A stretch of DNA of 64,000 bases, from positions 32,001 to 96,000 of the forward strand of contig CBDBHE010000006.1 of the NCBI GenBank assembly GCA_965205605.1, read 5' to 3'. Within the stretch, counting starts at the first letter, position 1. Each line of letters opens with the position of its first letter. Below are positions 49,971 through 61,239 of the stretch, in pieces. The position numbers were made by a program, and so were the translations under genes. A model generated the notes under the pieces. That model had not been told where the DNA came from. It saw nothing but the letters and a program-made list of their open reading frames with translations, and searched no databases. The stretch is from Spirochaetota bacterium. GTDB lineage: Bacteria; Spirochaetota; UBA12135; COTS27; CBDBHE01.

Positions 49971-50891
49971 TTAAAAGTTTTTAATATCAGAAGCTTGTTT
50001 AATTAAAGCTACTTTTTGTTTTCGAATGTGCTGAATGTAAGGTAATTCGACTTGCATGGAAAGAAAGCTTTCTTCATTAAAAACTTTCAGAGATTTGAGC
50101 TTTCTTTTTTTGATTTTGTCTTTAATGGTTTCGAGTTTGATTGTTTTTGGATTTACCTTTTCTGAACAAACAGCAATGGTCCACAAAGTAGAATACATTT
50201 GAATGTAATTATAAAAAGGACTCACATAGTTAAAAACAGTAGAAAGTGTTTTTAAGATTTGGTTAAAGAGGGTAGGTCTTGTAATGGGAGATTCGGCGTG
50301 CATGACGAAGATGCTATGATTGTCTTTCAAAACTTTTTTGATGTTTTTAAAGAAGTCTAGTGTATATAGATTTTTTGCTAATCCTAAAGGATCGATCATA
50401 TCCATAATAATGATGTCATAATTATTTTTTGTATTTTTAATAAAATGATTGCCGTCATCGATAATGATATTTGTTTTTGGATGCTCGAAGGCTTTTTTAG
50501 AAATAAAAGGGAGGTATTTTTTACAATACTCTATAACATCTTTTTCGAGTTCAACATGAGTTAGATTGTTAACGGTAGGGTGTTTTAAGATTTCATAATC
50601 ACACCCACCATCACCTCCGCCAATAACAAGGATTTCTTTAGGGTTGCTATGAGAACACATAGCAGGATGGATCATCACCTCATGATAGAGAAAATCATTT
50701 TTCTCAACGACTTGAGTAATATCATCAATTAAAAGCACTCGTCCAAACTCTTCTGTTTCAATCAATTTTAATGTTTGAAAGGGAGTTTTTTTTTCAGCTA
50801 AGACTTTGCTATAAGTATAAAAGTAGCCAAAATGTTCGTTTAGCTTTTCTTGAAATAATTTCTGAGGTTTTTTCAAAAGCATGAAAAGCAT
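49971..50891 (-). CDS. speE: Polyamine aminopropyltransferase (spermidine synthase)
   Basis: YHEVMIHP, IGGGDGG, IIMDMIDP; downstream of speD. Confidence 0.93.
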   Translation of the reverse strand: MLFMLLKKPQKLFQEKLNEHFGYFYTYSKVLAEKKTPFQTLKLIETEEFGRVLLIDDITQVVEKNDFLYHEVMIHPAMCSHSNPKEILVIGGGDGGCDYEILKHPTVNNLTHVELEKDVIEYCKKYLPFISKKAFEHPKTNIIIDDGNHFIKNTKNNYDIIIMDMIDPLGLAKNLYTLDFFKNIKKVLKDNHSIFVMHAESPITRPTLFNQILKTLSTVFNYVSPFYNYIQMYSTLWTIAVCSEKVNPKTIKLETIKDKIKKRKLKSLKVFNEESFLSMQVELPYIQHIRKQKVALIKQASDIKNF

Positions 50892-50892
50892 T

Positions 50893-51663
50893 TTAAGTAA
50901 AAATATTTCTACAATGAAAAATCTCTTCCATTTCTTCTTTTAACATTTTACTAACTTTTTCTTTTTCTTCTTTTTTATGTTCGATGGTTTCTTCTTCTTT
51001 TAAAAAAAGATAGTCATCAAGAGAAAACTCTTTTAAAATCATTTTGGTATGAAAAATATATTCTTGATAAACATTGATGTCGTAGGCAGTATATTTTTTG
51101 ATTATTTCAGGACTAATAAAATCTAGGATAGAGTTAATCTTATGGTCGATAAAATATTTCCTCCCCTTAATCCCTCTAGTAAAACCTCTAACACGATAAT
51201 CCATCGTCACAACGTCAGAATCAAAACTTTCTAAAAGAAAGTCAAGGGTTTTTAAAGGAGATACTCGCCCACAAGTCGCCACATCAATATCAACTCTAAA
51301 AGTAGAAATCCCTGTATAATCATTGGTTTCTGGATAGGTATGAGCAGAAATGTGACTTTTGTCTAAATGCATTAGTTGTCCATTTTGTTGAAACGCATCT
51401 TCAGCGACTAATATCGTAGCACTGGCACCTAAAGGCTCATAATCTTGCATCGAAACATTAATTACATACGCTCCAATACATTTGACAACCTTTCTAAGAA
51501 TTTTTCCTAATTTTTTTCCATTGTATTCTTCGTTGATATATTTTAAGTAATCTCTTCTAGATTGTTTTGAAGGGGCGTAAGAAATATCATAGATATTAAA
51601 GCTAAGTGATTTTGTTAAATTATTAAATCCATTTAGTTTGATTTTTTTTTTATTAAATTTCAT
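50893..51663 (-). CDS. speD: S-adenosylmethionine decarboxylase proenzyme (long E. coli-type)
   Basis: GFNNLTKSLSFNIYD, HLDKSHISAHTYPE (self-cleavage site K|S), TCG, DYRVRGFTR. Confidence 0.95.
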   Translation of the reverse strand: MKFNKKKIKLNGFNNLTKSLSFNIYDISYAPSKQSRRDYLKYINEEYNGKKLGKILRKVVKCIGAYVINVSMQDYEPLGASATILVAEDAFQQNGQLMHLDKSHISAHTYPETNDYTGISTFRVDIDVATCGRVSPLKTLDFLLESFDSDVVTMDYRVRGFTRGIKGRKYFIDHKINSILDFISPEIIKKYTAYDINVYQEYIFHTKMILKEFSLDDYLFLKEEETIEHKKEEKEKVSKMLKEEMEEIFHCRNIFT

Positions 51664-51773
51664 TTTTTATTTTTGAGTTTACCATGATATTCTTTCTAGA
51701 AGAGATGATGCCTCTGCTTTAGGAGAATCGTTATCTAATTTTTTTTTAGCTTTATTTATAAGCAGACTTTTTT

Positions 51774-52874
51774 GTGAAATTTAAACGAATTCCTTCTTTT
51801 GTTTTTATTATTATTTTATTTTTTTTCCTAGGAGGCTTGATTTATTGGGTACTTGTTCCTTCTTTTAAAAAAAATGAAATTATTCAATTACTTGTTGTTA
51901 AGAAAAATGAAGCCAATAAAATTGAAGCCGCTTTTATTTTATTTGCTTACCCATTAGAAAAATACCTTTATACCTATATTATTAACCCAGAAATTTCTTT
52001 GCTTTATGGGAAAAAAACAAAGAAAATTAAAGAGATAAAGAATGTTAAAGTCCTTAAAAAATTTTTAAATCAATTACTTAATATTAAAATCAATGGCACC
52101 ATTGAGCTTAATGATAAACAAATTTTTTCTTTAATCAAAAAAGTAGGCATCGGGAAGTTTTTAAATTTATTTTCAGATTATTTGCCTAAAGGAGAAATTA
52201 TTATTAATGAACAAAATTATGCACCCTTTATGGCCAGTATTGGAGATTTTATGTTTAAAAGAGATGTTATTTATAGTTTTTGGCTGAATCTTTTTTATCA
52301 AAATTTTTCATTTTTAAAAAAAATCAAAGTCCCTTATTGGTTTTTAAATCGATATTATGATCTTATGGATACTTCCCTTAAAAGAGGAGATTTTTTATAT
52401 TTGTTGAATCAATTTATTTTTTCTTTAGATGAAGTTTATTTTTTTAAATCTAATATGAATATTGAAAAGAGTGTTTTTTTGGGAAAAGAAGTTTTTGTTC
52501 CTTTCCAAAATGGTTTTTATGATAAAAATAAAGTTCGAAGAATGATAAAATCTTTTTATGAACAAATTCCTTCTATAAATAAATTTCCTATTTCGGTACA
52601 AATAAAAAACATGACCTCTTATAAACGTCTAGCAGCAAAAGTTTCAGGGGGACTTCATTTAAGAAAGTGTAGTGTTAAAGAATATTTGAATTCTGAAATT
52701 AGTGTTAGAAACTCAATCATTTTAGATCGCTCGGGCTCTCCTTTGAAAAGAGTTTATTTTTCTAAAGCAACTAAAGTTAGTAATATTTATTTTTTATTTG
52801 ATTACCGAGAAAATTTTGATTTTTCACTTTATATAGGAGAAGATTATTATGCCATCCCTTACTTTGAAAAATAA
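51774..52874 (+). CDS. LCP-like membrane protein with LytR C-terminal domain
   Basis: N-terminal TM segment; C-terminal SVQIKNMTSYKRLAAKV...SIILDRSG...LYIGEDY LytR_C pattern; precedes rsfS. Confidence 0.7.
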   Translation: MKFKRIPSFVFIIILFFFLGGLIYWVLVPSFKKNEIIQLLVVKKNEANKIEAAFILFAYPLEKYLYTYIINPEISLLYGKKTKKIKEIKNVKVLKKFLNQLLNIKINGTIELNDKQIFSLIKKVGIGKFLNLFSDYLPKGEIIINEQNYAPFMASIGDFMFKRDVIYSFWLNLFYQNFSFLKKIKVPYWFLNRYYDLMDTSLKRGDFLYLLNQFIFSLDEVYFFKSNMNIEKSVFLGKEVFVPFQNGFYDKNKVRRMIKSFYEQIPSINKFPISVQIKNMTSYKRLAAKVSGGLHLRKCSVKEYLNSEISVRNSIILDRSGSPLKRVYFSKATKVSNIYFLFDYRENFDFSLYIGEDYYAIPYFEK

Positions 52875-53226
52875 TAACGATAACACTCACTCTCTTCTTT
52901 TTTTAACTCAAAATCTTTTAGAAAATCATAAAGCAAAAGATATTTGTGTTTTTGATGCAGAGGGAAAAGTGAATTATACTTCTTATATTATTGTTGCTTC
53001 TGCCACTTCTTCACTTCACTTACAAGCTCTTTTTGGAAAAATAAATAGGTTATATAAAGATCATTTTTATCAACTGCTTGTTAAAAAAAAAAAAGAAATT
53101 AATAATTGGGTTGTTTTGGATTATAGTGATATTGTGATACATTTGATTTCTAATGAATTAAGGAACTATTATCGTTTAGATGATTTATTCAAATCTAAAA
53201 AAAAAACAATTTTTCTTAGACAATGA
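52849..53226 (+). CDS. rsfS: Ribosome silencing factor
   Basis: KAKDI, IIVASATSSLH, WVVLDYSDIVIH, RNYYRLDDL. Confidence 0.92.
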   Translation: MPSLTLKNNNDNTHSLLFLTQNLLENHKAKDICVFDAEGKVNYTSYIIVASATSSLHLQALFGKINRLYKDHFYQLLVKKKKEINNWVVLDYSDIVIHLISNELRNYYRLDDLFKSKKKTIFLRQ

Positions 53227-54497
53227 AATCTTATTATCGCGTTGAGCTTTTTGATAAGAAAGGTTGTTTTTCTTTTGAGGCCATTTCTGAAGCAATTGCA
53301 AAAGGGAATCGATATTTTTTTATTTTTTTTCCTAGAAAATGTCAGTTAACTGAAGTCGTTGAAATGCAGAAATTTTTTTCTAAACATAAAGGCTTGTCTT
53401 TTTGTATTCACGATAAGACGCCGATTAACAAGGAAAACGAGATCAATATAAGTAATAATCTTGTTTTTTACCACATGCTTTGTGAAGCGGGAATGCTCAT
53501 AGAGAATATTTCTTTTCACTTAGGTTCTTTGGTTGGTTTTGGAGCTGAAAAAAATATAGAACATGTCGAATCTTTAATTAAAAGTTCTTTTAAAAAAGAA
53601 GTTTCTGAACAACGTTTTTTAATTGCGAAGTTTTCAAAAAAACATTATGAAGAGCATCTTAAGGTGTGTATTTTTTACATTAAAAAAATAGCGGCTATTT
53701 TAAAAAAGAAAAACATTCGACTTTTAATTAAAAATCTTTCTGTAGATTATGTGCTTGTTGGAGAAAAACAAAAAGAATATTTTGAAACATTAGGCTATAC
53801 TTATTTAAAATTTAAAAAAAATCTTTTTAGTTTTCCTATTTTGTTAGAAAAAGGGGATTTGCCTCGTTTGATGAATGAAATGAAATTTTTATTAGATGAA
53901 TGTGATATTGGGATTGCTTTGGATGTTACTCATCTTAAAAATACGTTATTGCTTTCTAATAAATACAATGTAAATCATAAAAAAATTATAAAAGAATGGG
54001 GAATTAAGTTTTCAAAACAAGATTTAGTTTTTTTAAAAAAACATGGCTTTTCTATTTCAGAACAATTTCCTATTTTTTATCAAGAGCCATTGAATTTTTA
54101 TGATCAAATTGATTTAATAAAAGACAAAATTGAAATCGTTCATCTTTCTGGTAGTATTGGCCCTGTTTTTGTTGATAAAAAAAATTTAAAATTTGAAGAA
54201 GTGACTAATGATATGTTAATTGGGCAACTTTCCAAATTAGATATTCCTTTTGCCATTCATGGAAAAGATCAAGAGATTTTTTTTGTTAATTTGGAGCCTT
54301 CAAGTAAAGCTAAAAAAAATTTTATTTATAAAGAGACTCAAGAAATTTGGGAAAAATTTTTTAAAAGGCAGTTTTTAGAAAACATCTTACTTTTTAAAGA
54401 AATTGGATGCTTAAGAATGGTTCAAAAAAGTAAAAATTTTATAGATGATTCTGTAAAAACTTATGAATTTTTTGATAACCTTACAAATTCTGAATAA
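53223..54497 (+). CDS. Hypothetical protein, degenerate xylose-isomerase-like/AP-endonuclease-2 TIM barrel
   Basis: SFHLG, LLIKNL, IALDVTHL and IEIVHLSG resemble the family's strand-end motifs, with several metal ligands replaced. Confidence 0.5.
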   Translation: MKSYYRVELFDKKGCFSFEAISEAIAKGNRYFFIFFPRKCQLTEVVEMQKFFSKHKGLSFCIHDKTPINKENEINISNNLVFYHMLCEAGMLIENISFHLGSLVGFGAEKNIEHVESLIKSSFKKEVSEQRFLIAKFSKKHYEEHLKVCIFYIKKIAAILKKKNIRLLIKNLSVDYVLVGEKQKEYFETLGYTYLKFKKNLFSFPILLEKGDLPRLMNEMKFLLDECDIGIALDVTHLKNTLLLSNKYNVNHKKIIKEWGIKFSKQDLVFLKKHGFSISEQFPIFYQEPLNFYDQIDLIKDKIEIVHLSGSIGPVFVDKKNLKFEEVTNDMLIGQLSKLDIPFAIHGKDQEIFFVNLEPSSKAKKNFIYKETQEIWEKFFKRQFLENILLFKEIGCLRMVQKSKNFIDDSVKTYEFFDNLTNSE

Positions 54498-54511
54498 TTA
54501 ATTCGTTAAAA

Positions 54512-55549
54512 ATGTCTCATCATATAGATCAAAAAAAGCTTTCTAATCCTGTAAAGAAGGTTAGTAAAAGAACCACCATTATTGATATTGCTAATTATAC
54601 TGGGTATAGTGTTGCAACGGTTTCAAGAGCGCTTAATGGATTTGAGCTTATCAAGGAAAAAACAAAAGCTAATATTTTATCAGCTGCTAAAAAATTGGGT
54701 TATATTCCAAATCTTATGGCTCAAAATCTAGTTAATAAGCAAAGCAAGTCTATTGGCCTTGTGGTCACTGAAAACACACAGTTTTATTATGAATTTTATC
54801 TTCATCTTAGAAAACTCATTTCTTTAAAGGGATATAACCTTATTATTAGTTATTCTAACAATGATGCCAGTACGCAAGATTTTCATCTCAATCGTTTTTT
54901 AAGTCTTCAAGTGGAAGGAATTATTATTGCGCCTATTCTTGAAAAAATCGACTTTATCGAAAAAATCAAAATAACCAAGACTCCTTTTATAATTTTAAAT
55001 TGTGTCTTTACTCAAAATGAAGAAAAATCAATTACATTTGATTTTAAAGATGGGATTAAGCAGGCGATTGATTTTCTTTTTGAGAAAGGAAAGAAAAATT
55101 TTTATCAGCTAGCTAGAAAAGAAATTTATTATGGAATTGAAAGAAGAAATTTTTTTAAGTTTGCTTTAGAGGGTAATGGTTACGTTTATGATGTTAGTAA
55201 AGTCTTTTTTGTTCGGGATGTGATTGATGATGGTTATGAGAAAATGATGGAAATTTTAGGAAAGGACCATGGAGTAGATGCGGTTATTTGTTCTTCTGAT
55301 TATACGGCTTTGGGAGCGCTTAGAGCTCTTTTTGATTCTGGGAAAAAAGTGCCACAAGAAGTGGCTCTAGTGGGTTGTTATAATACAAAATTGTCTCAGT
55401 ATTCGATTCCTCGCCTTTCAAGTGTTAAGACTAATATTAAAGATATTGCTGAAAAATCAGTGGAAAAGTTATTTTTTGAAATGAAAAATCTTAATAAATC
55501 TCATCAAATAGAACTTAAAACAAGTTTTATTTCAAGAGAAACTACTTAA
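54512..55549 (+). CDS. LacI family transcriptional regulator
   Basis: TIIDIANYTGYSVATVSRALN, LGYIPN, KVPQEVALVG, RETT. Confidence 0.95.
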   Translation: MSHHIDQKKLSNPVKKVSKRTTIIDIANYTGYSVATVSRALNGFELIKEKTKANILSAAKKLGYIPNLMAQNLVNKQSKSIGLVVTENTQFYYEFYLHLRKLISLKGYNLIISYSNNDASTQDFHLNRFLSLQVEGIIIAPILEKIDFIEKIKITKTPFIILNCVFTQNEEKSITFDFKDGIKQAIDFLFEKGKKNFYQLARKEIYYGIERRNFFKFALEGNGYVYDVSKVFFVRDVIDDGYEKMMEILGKDHGVDAVICSSDYTALGALRALFDSGKKVPQEVALVGCYNTKLSQYSIPRLSSVKTNIKDIAEKSVEKLFFEMKNLNKSHQIELKTSFISRETT

Positions 55550-55636
55550 AATTTTACTTCATAAAGAAGCGATATCATTTTTCCTATCATTTTGTTATAG
55601 GACTTCATTGAGTTTTTTATTTTTAATGATAGCTAA

Positions 55637-56314
55637 TTATAACTGGGCATAAACCAGATACCTCGTTGTTATAAAATTTGATTTAATTATTTTTCCTATT
55701 AAATAATAGAGAGGAAATAAAATAATATGAATCATAATAAAAAAAGGAGCTAGTAAACGAGAAATTGTTTTTTTATCCATAATCAATCTCATCCATAAGA
55801 CAAGTATGGCTTCTGTCCAAGAATTGTTTTCTTTAATGCTGAGATGAGTAAAATCTTTTAAAAGAAATTGTAGTCCGTATTTTGTGTATCGATAGTAATC
55901 GTAAGGTTTTTCATGTATTGGAAAAATAAAAGGAGTTGTGAGAATTAATTTTCCTTTTTTTTTTAAAATACTTTTAATATTTTTAATTGCTAGGTGAGGT
56001 GAATGGAGGTGTTCTAATACTTCAGAAATAATAACCACATCAATATATTTTTTCTTTGGAAATACGTAAGAGCAAATATCTCCTTTAATATCTGGATTTT
56101 GATTTTTGTCGATATCAAAGGTTGTTAGTTTAAATTTGTTTTTATTAGAATATTTTTTTAATAATGTATTAATTTGTCCCCCGGAGCCAATATTAAAAAC
56201 ATGATTTGACGAGGGGATCTTTTCTATTTTTTTTTCTAAGAAAGGTATTAAATTTTTTCTGGAAAAAATCTTAGAAAGATGAATAAAAAATTTAAAGATT
56301 ATTTTAATCATCAT
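55637..56314 (-). CDS. Class I SAM-dependent methyltransferase
   Basis: NIGSGG, SEVLEH, LTTPFIFPIHEKPYDYYRYT. Confidence 0.85.
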   Translation of the reverse strand: MMIKIIFKFFIHLSKIFSRKNLIPFLEKKIEKIPSSNHVFNIGSGGQINTLLKKYSNKNKFKLTTFDIDKNQNPDIKGDICSYVFPKKKYIDVVIISEVLEHLHSPHLAIKNIKSILKKKGKLILTTPFIFPIHEKPYDYYRYTKYGLQFLLKDFTHLSIKENNSWTEAILVLWMRLIMDKKTISRLLAPFFIMIHIILFPLYYLIGKIIKSNFITTRYLVYAQL

Positions 56315-57210
56315 TAATTTAATTTTTTTAAGTGTCCTAATAAAAAAAGCTCGGAAGCTTTATAGGATGATCTTACTAGGGGGCCACTGGCTACAAATAA
56401 AAATCCCATTTTTCTAGCAATGATCTCTAAGTTTGAAAATTCTTTTGGCTTGTAATATTTTTTAACGGGGTAATGTCTTTTTGAAGGTCTTAGATACTGA
56501 CCAAACGTAATAATATCAATTCCAATTTTTTTCAAATCTTCACAGCATTTGATGACTTCTTTAAGGTCTTCTCCTAAACCTAGCATTAAAGAAGTTTTTG
56601 TTAATTTTTGAGGGTTTTTGAGTTTTACTTTTTTTAAAAGTTGGAGTGATTGGTGATAATTAGCTTTCCCGTCTCGGATAAGTGGGGTGATAGATTGGAC
56701 GGTTTCGATATTATGAGCGAGGACATCAGGGTTTGCTTTTAAGATTCGATCTAAAGAGTTTTCATTTCCAGCGTAGTCAGAAATGAGAGCTTCTATTTTA
56801 ATTTGAGGAGAAAGGGCTTTGGTTTTTTCAATAGTTTGTCCAAATATTTCGGCTCCTCCATCAGCTAAGTCGTCTCGGTCAACGCAAGTGATGACAAGAT
56901 ACTTTAAATTAGTTTGACTAATTTGCTCAGCGACTCTTAAAGGTTCTTGGGTATCAATGATGCCTTTTGGGTTTCCTGACTTGACATTACAAAAACGGCA
57001 ACCTCTTGTACAAACATCTCCTAAAATCATAATCGTTGCTGTTCCTGAAGACCAACATTCATTCATATTGGGACATTTTCCTTCTTGACAAATCGTGTGT
57101 AAGTTTTGGAGGTTTAATTGTTTTTTTAATTTAGCATAATCATCATTTGTTGTAGGGGAGATTCGGATCCATTTAGGTTTTTTTATTATTAAGGGGTTAC
57201 AGGAGCTCAT
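56314..57210 (-). CDS. lipA: Lipoyl synthase
   Basis: CQEGKCPNMNEC, CTRGCRFC, GQYLRP, RSSY. Confidence 0.97.
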   Translation of the reverse strand: MSSCNPLIIKKPKWIRISPTTNDDYAKLKKQLNLQNLHTICQEGKCPNMNECWSSGTATIMILGDVCTRGCRFCNVKSGNPKGIIDTQEPLRVAEQISQTNLKYLVITCVDRDDLADGGAEIFGQTIEKTKALSPQIKIEALISDYAGNENSLDRILKANPDVLAHNIETVQSITPLIRDGKANYHQSLQLLKKVKLKNPQKLTKTSLMLGLGEDLKEVIKCCEDLKKIGIDIITFGQYLRPSKRHYPVKKYYKPKEFSNLEIIARKMGFLFVASGPLVRSSYKASELFLLGHLKKLN

Positions 57211-57429
57211 TTTTATTTTTTTATAAGATATAATTTACTTATTTAATGCTAGAATAAGATGTGAAAATAATCAAATACATAGGTTATTTTTATAATCAAT
57301 ACTTTATTAAAAGCGCATAAACTAAATTTATTTTTTTTTTTTAAAAAAACCACGATAATAAATTTGACTATTGATATTAAATGATTACTTTATAGGTTGA
57401 AACTAAATTAGAATTAATTTCATAAAAAA

Positions 57430-58080
57430 ATGATGAAGAAAGAAACTCAAAAAATAAATAAAAATAAAGAGGAAACTTCTAAAGTAGATTTGAGGTTAGA
57501 ATCTGAAGAAACAGCAGATTTAAAGGGAAAATCTAGTGAAAAACAAGAGCATGAAAGTATTGAGAAAGAAAATATTCTTTTAAAAAATAAACTTTTAGAA
57601 TACGAAGACCTTATCAAAAGACAACAAGCTGAGTTTGATAACTTTCGTAAAAGAAGTAGTCGAGAGAAGGGAGAGTTTTTTCAACATGCTCAAGTTGAAG
57701 TTTTAAAAGAAATTCTTGAAGTGGTAGATAATTTTCAAAGAGCATTAGAAGCTGGAAAAAAAGATAATAAACTTGGATCTTATTTACAAGGGTTTGAAAT
57801 GATTTATGAGCAAATAAAAACTTTTTTAATTTCTAAAGAAATTAAAGAAATTGGTAAAGAGGGGGATGTATTTGATCCCAAATTTCACAAAGCCATACAG
57901 TTTGAAGATAGTAAAGAAGATAAGGAAGATAAGATTAGTGAAGTGTATCAAAAAGGGTATCTTTTAGGGGATAAAATTTTGAGAATTGCTACAGTTAAAA
58001 TTAAAAAAGGATTTAATTTAGAAACGACTCACGATAAGAGTCATGATTCTTTTCAGGAAGAAAACAAAATGGATTCATAA
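57430..58080 (+). CDS. grpE: Nucleotide exchange factor GrpE
   Basis: [28 protein letters not shown]...LR. Confidence 0.96.
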   Translation: MMKKETQKINKNKEETSKVDLRLESEETADLKGKSSEKQEHESIEKENILLKNKLLEYEDLIKRQQAEFDNFRKRSSREKGEFFQHAQVEVLKEILEVVDNFQRALEAGKKDNKLGSYLQGFEMIYEQIKTFLISKEIKEIGKEGDVFDPKFHKAIQFEDSKEDKEDKISEVYQKGYLLGDKILRIATVKIKKGFNLETTHDKSHDSFQEENKMDS

Positions 58081-58097
58081 TTAATAGGAGTACGAAT

Positions 58098-60035
58098 ATG
58101 GGAAAAATTATAGGAATTGATCTTGGGACAACAAATTCTTGTGTTGCTGTTATGGAAGGGGGAGAATCTGTTGTTATTCAAAATGCAGAAGGGATGAGGA
58201 CCACGCCTTCAATTGTTGGTTTTACAGATAAAGGGGATAAATTAGTAGGGCAGTCTGCTAAAAATCAAATGGTAACCAATCCTCAAAACACAGTTTATTC
58301 GATTAAGCGTTTTATGGGGATGACTTATGGTGAAAGTAAAGCAGAGCTTGATAAGATTCCTTATAGTGTTATTAACGCTAGTGAAAAGGTTAAAATAAAA
58401 ATAAAAGAGAAAGATTACACTCCCCAAGAGATTTCTGCTCTTGTTTTACAAAAGATGAAGCAATCAGCAGAAGATTATTTAGGGAGCAAAATTAAAGAAG
58501 CGGTGATCACCGTCCCAGCTTATTTTAATGATTCACAGCGTCAAGCAACAAAAGATGCCGGTCGTATTGCAGGTCTTGATGTCAAACGAATTGTTAATGA
58601 ACCAACAGCTGCTGCTTTAGCGTATGGTCTTGACAAGAAAAATGACCAAAAAATAGCTGTTTTTGATTTAGGTGGGGGGACGTTTGATATCTCTATTTTA
58701 GAGTTAGGAGATGGTGTTTTTGAAGTAAAAAGTACTAATGGAGACACTCATCTTGGGGGAGATGATTTTGACAATCTTATAATTGATTGGCTTGTAGATG
58801 AATTTAAAAAAAGCAGTGGGATTGATCTTAAAAAAGATAAAATGGCTCTTCAGCGTTTAAAAGAAGCTGCTGAAAAAGCTAAAAAAGAACTTTCTTCTGC
58901 TAACGCTACTGACATTAATTTACCTTTTATTACAGCTGATCAATCAGGCCCTAAACATTTAAATATTAATTTAACAAGATCTAAATTTGAACAAATTATT
59001 GATGTTTTGATTCAAAGGTTAAAAGCACCTTGCAGCAATGCCTTAAAAGATGCAGGAATGTCGATGTCTAATATTAATGAAATTATTTTAGTAGGAGGCT
59101 CGACTCGTATCCCTGCTGTTAAGGAAATGGTAAAGTCTTTTTTTCAAAAAGAACCAAATCGAAGCGTTAATCCAGATGAAGTCGTCGCTCTTGGAGCAGC
59201 TGTGCAAGCAGGTATTTTGGGAGGAGATGTAAAAGATGTTTTGCTTTTAGATGTCACTCCTTTGTCTTTAGGGATTGAAACTTTAGGGGGAGTTTTTACT
59301 AAACTCATTGAAAGAAACACGACAATCCCTACTAAAAAAAATCAAGTGTTTTCAACAGCAGCTGATAATCAAACAGCTGTAAGTATTCATGTCTATCAAG
59401 GGGAAAGAGAAATGGCAAGAGATAATCGACTCTTGGGTAAATTTGATCTAGTCAATATCCCCCCTGCTCCAAGAGGGATCCCTCAAATTGACGTGAGCTT
59501 TGATATTGATGCTAACGGGATTTTACATGTCAATGCAAAAGATCTTGGGACAGGGAAAGAAAATAAAATTCGTATTGAGTCTTCAAGTGGGATAAGCGAA
59601 GAAGAAATTCAAAGAATGGTCAAAGAAGGTGAAGTTAATGCCAATGAAGATAAGCAAAAAAAAGAAAGCATTGAAATTAAAAATAATGCTGATAATCTTG
59701 CTTACCAAATGGAAAAAACTTTAAAAGAACATGGCGATAAAATTGATGATGCTGAAAAGAAAAAAGTTAATGAAGCCATTGCAGATGTAAGGCAAAAAGT
59801 AGCAGGCGATAATGTAGGCGAAATTAAAAAAGCAGTCGAAAACCTTACTCAAGTTTCTCATAAACTTTCTGAAATCATCTATAAAGAAGCTTCAAAAAAA
59901 GCAGGTAATCAAAAACCATCTGAAGAGAGTGAAAAAAAATCAACTAATGATACTAGTGGTAGTGATAAGAAAAAAAGTAAAGATAATGTGGTAGATGCTG
60001 ATTATGAAGTGGTTGATGATAATAAAGAAAAATAA
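58098..60035 (+). CDS. dnaK: Chaperone DnaK
   Basis: [25 protein letters not shown]; AGGAG ribosome-binding site at 58086-58090. Confidence 0.99.
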   Translation: MGKIIGIDLGTTNSCVAVMEGGESVVIQNAEGMRTTPSIVGFTDKGDKLVGQSAKNQMVTNPQNTVYSIKRFMGMTYGESKAELDKIPYSVINASEKVKIKIKEKDYTPQEISALVLQKMKQSAEDYLGSKIKEAVITVPAYFNDSQRQATKDAGRIAGLDVKRIVNEPTAAALAYGLDKKNDQKIAVFDLGGGTFDISILELGDGVFEVKSTNGDTHLGGDDFDNLIIDWLVDEFKKSSGIDLKKDKMALQRLKEAAEKAKKELSSANATDINLPFITADQSGPKHLNINLTRSKFEQIIDVLIQRLKAPCSNALKDAGMSMSNINEIILVGGSTRIPAVKEMVKSFFQKEPNRSVNPDEVVALGAAVQAGILGGDVKDVLLLDVTPLSLGIETLGGVFTKLIERNTTIPTKKNQVFSTAADNQTAVSIHVYQGEREMARDNRLLGKFDLVNIPPAPRGIPQIDVSFDIDANGILHVNAKDLGTGKENKIRIESSSGISEEEIQRMVKEGEVNANEDKQKKESIEIKNNADNLAYQMEKTLKEHGDKIDDAEKKKVNEAIADVRQKVAGDNVGEIKKAVENLTQVSHKLSEIIYKEASKKAGNQKPSEESEKKSTNDTSGSDKKKSKDNVVDADYEVVDDNKEK

Positions 60036-60084
60036 CCTATTTTTTTCTTTATTATAAAATTTTTTTTTAGGGTTTATACTTTTT

Positions 60085-61215
60085 ATGTCTAAAGATTTAT
60101 ATACTCTTCTTGGGGTTTCTAAGTCAGCTACCAAAGAAGAGCTAAAAAAAGCTTATCGAAAAAAAGCTATCGAACACCACCCTGATAAAAACAAAGGGAA
60201 TTCTGCTGCTGAAGAAAAATTTAAAGAGATTAATGAAGCTTATGCTGTTCTTTCAGATGATCAAAAAAGAAAAACTTATGATCAATTTGGAATGGATGGT
60301 GTAAAAGGAGGCTTTGGGGGAGGGGGTACTTCGGGCTTTAGTTCTGATTTTAATTTTAATGATATTTTTGAAGAAGTTTTTGGTGGAGAAAGTATTTTTG
60401 ATAGCTTTTTTGGTGGTGGAAGCTCAAGAAGAACAAGAAAAAGACGTGGAAGAGATATTCATTACCAAATGGATCTTTCTTTAGAAGAAGCTTTTAATGG
60501 AAAAGAAACTTTTATTGATGTAAAAAAAAAAGACTCTTGTCCAGAATGTAATGGGAATGGAGGAAAGGGTGGGAGCACACCTGGTGACTGTCCTGATTGC
60601 GGGGGAAGTGGTCAAATAAGACAAAATCGGAGTCTTTTTACAATTAGTTCGACATGTCCTAAGTGTTCGGGTTCGGGGCAATTTGTTATTAATCCTTGTT
60701 CACGTTGTTTTGGGACGGGGGTATTGGATAAAAAAAAATCTATTCGTATTAAAATACCCGTTGGTGTTGATAATGGACAAAGTATTAAAATTACAGGTGA
60801 AGGTGAATCTGTTGGGACACGTAATCAAAATGGAGATTTGTATATTAGCTTAACTGTAAGAAACCATCATTCTTTTTTACGAAAAGAAGAAAATCTTTAC
60901 TGTCAAATTCCTATTAATATTACTCAAGCTGTTTTAGGCTCTCACATTATTGTAAAAACAATTGATAATAAAAGTATTAAACTAAAAATCCCCTCTGGTA
61001 CTGCTGATGGAGACACACTTCGAATTAAATCAGAAGGAATGCCTATTTTAAATAGTGGCCAACGTAGAGGAGATTTGAATATTGGTTTTAAAATTATGGT
61101 TCCAAAAAAACTCTCTTCTAAAGAAAAAAAACTTTTTGAAGAAATATCCAATATTGCTAATACTTCACTTGAACCAGAGCCTATTCCTATTAGAAAAAAG
61201 TTCTCTTTCTTTTAA
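60085..61215 (+). CDS. dnaJ: Chaperone DnaJ
   Basis: HPD J-domain, G/F-rich region, four CxxCxGxG repeats. Confidence 0.98.
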   Translation: MSKDLYTLLGVSKSATKEELKKAYRKKAIEHHPDKNKGNSAAEEKFKEINEAYAVLSDDQKRKTYDQFGMDGVKGGFGGGGTSGFSSDFNFNDIFEEVFGGESIFDSFFGGGSSRRTRKRRGRDIHYQMDLSLEEAFNGKETFIDVKKKDSCPECNGNGGKGGSTPGDCPDCGGSGQIRQNRSLFTISSTCPKCSGSGQFVINPCSRCFGTGVLDKKKSIRIKIPVGVDNGQSIKITGEGESVGTRNQNGDLYISLTVRNHHSFLRKEENLYCQIPINITQAVLGSHIIVKTIDNKSIKLKIPSGTADGDTLRIKSEGMPILNSGQRRGDLNIGFKIMVPKKLSSKEKKLFEEISNIANTSLEPEPIPIRKKFSFF

Positions 61216-61239
61216 TTAACAAAACAAGCTATTTTTAAC

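Noticed and set aside
57310-57337. dif-like site (AAAGCGCATAA...)
   Set aside because: Only the left arm resembles dif; there is no TTATGTTAAAT-like XerD arm.
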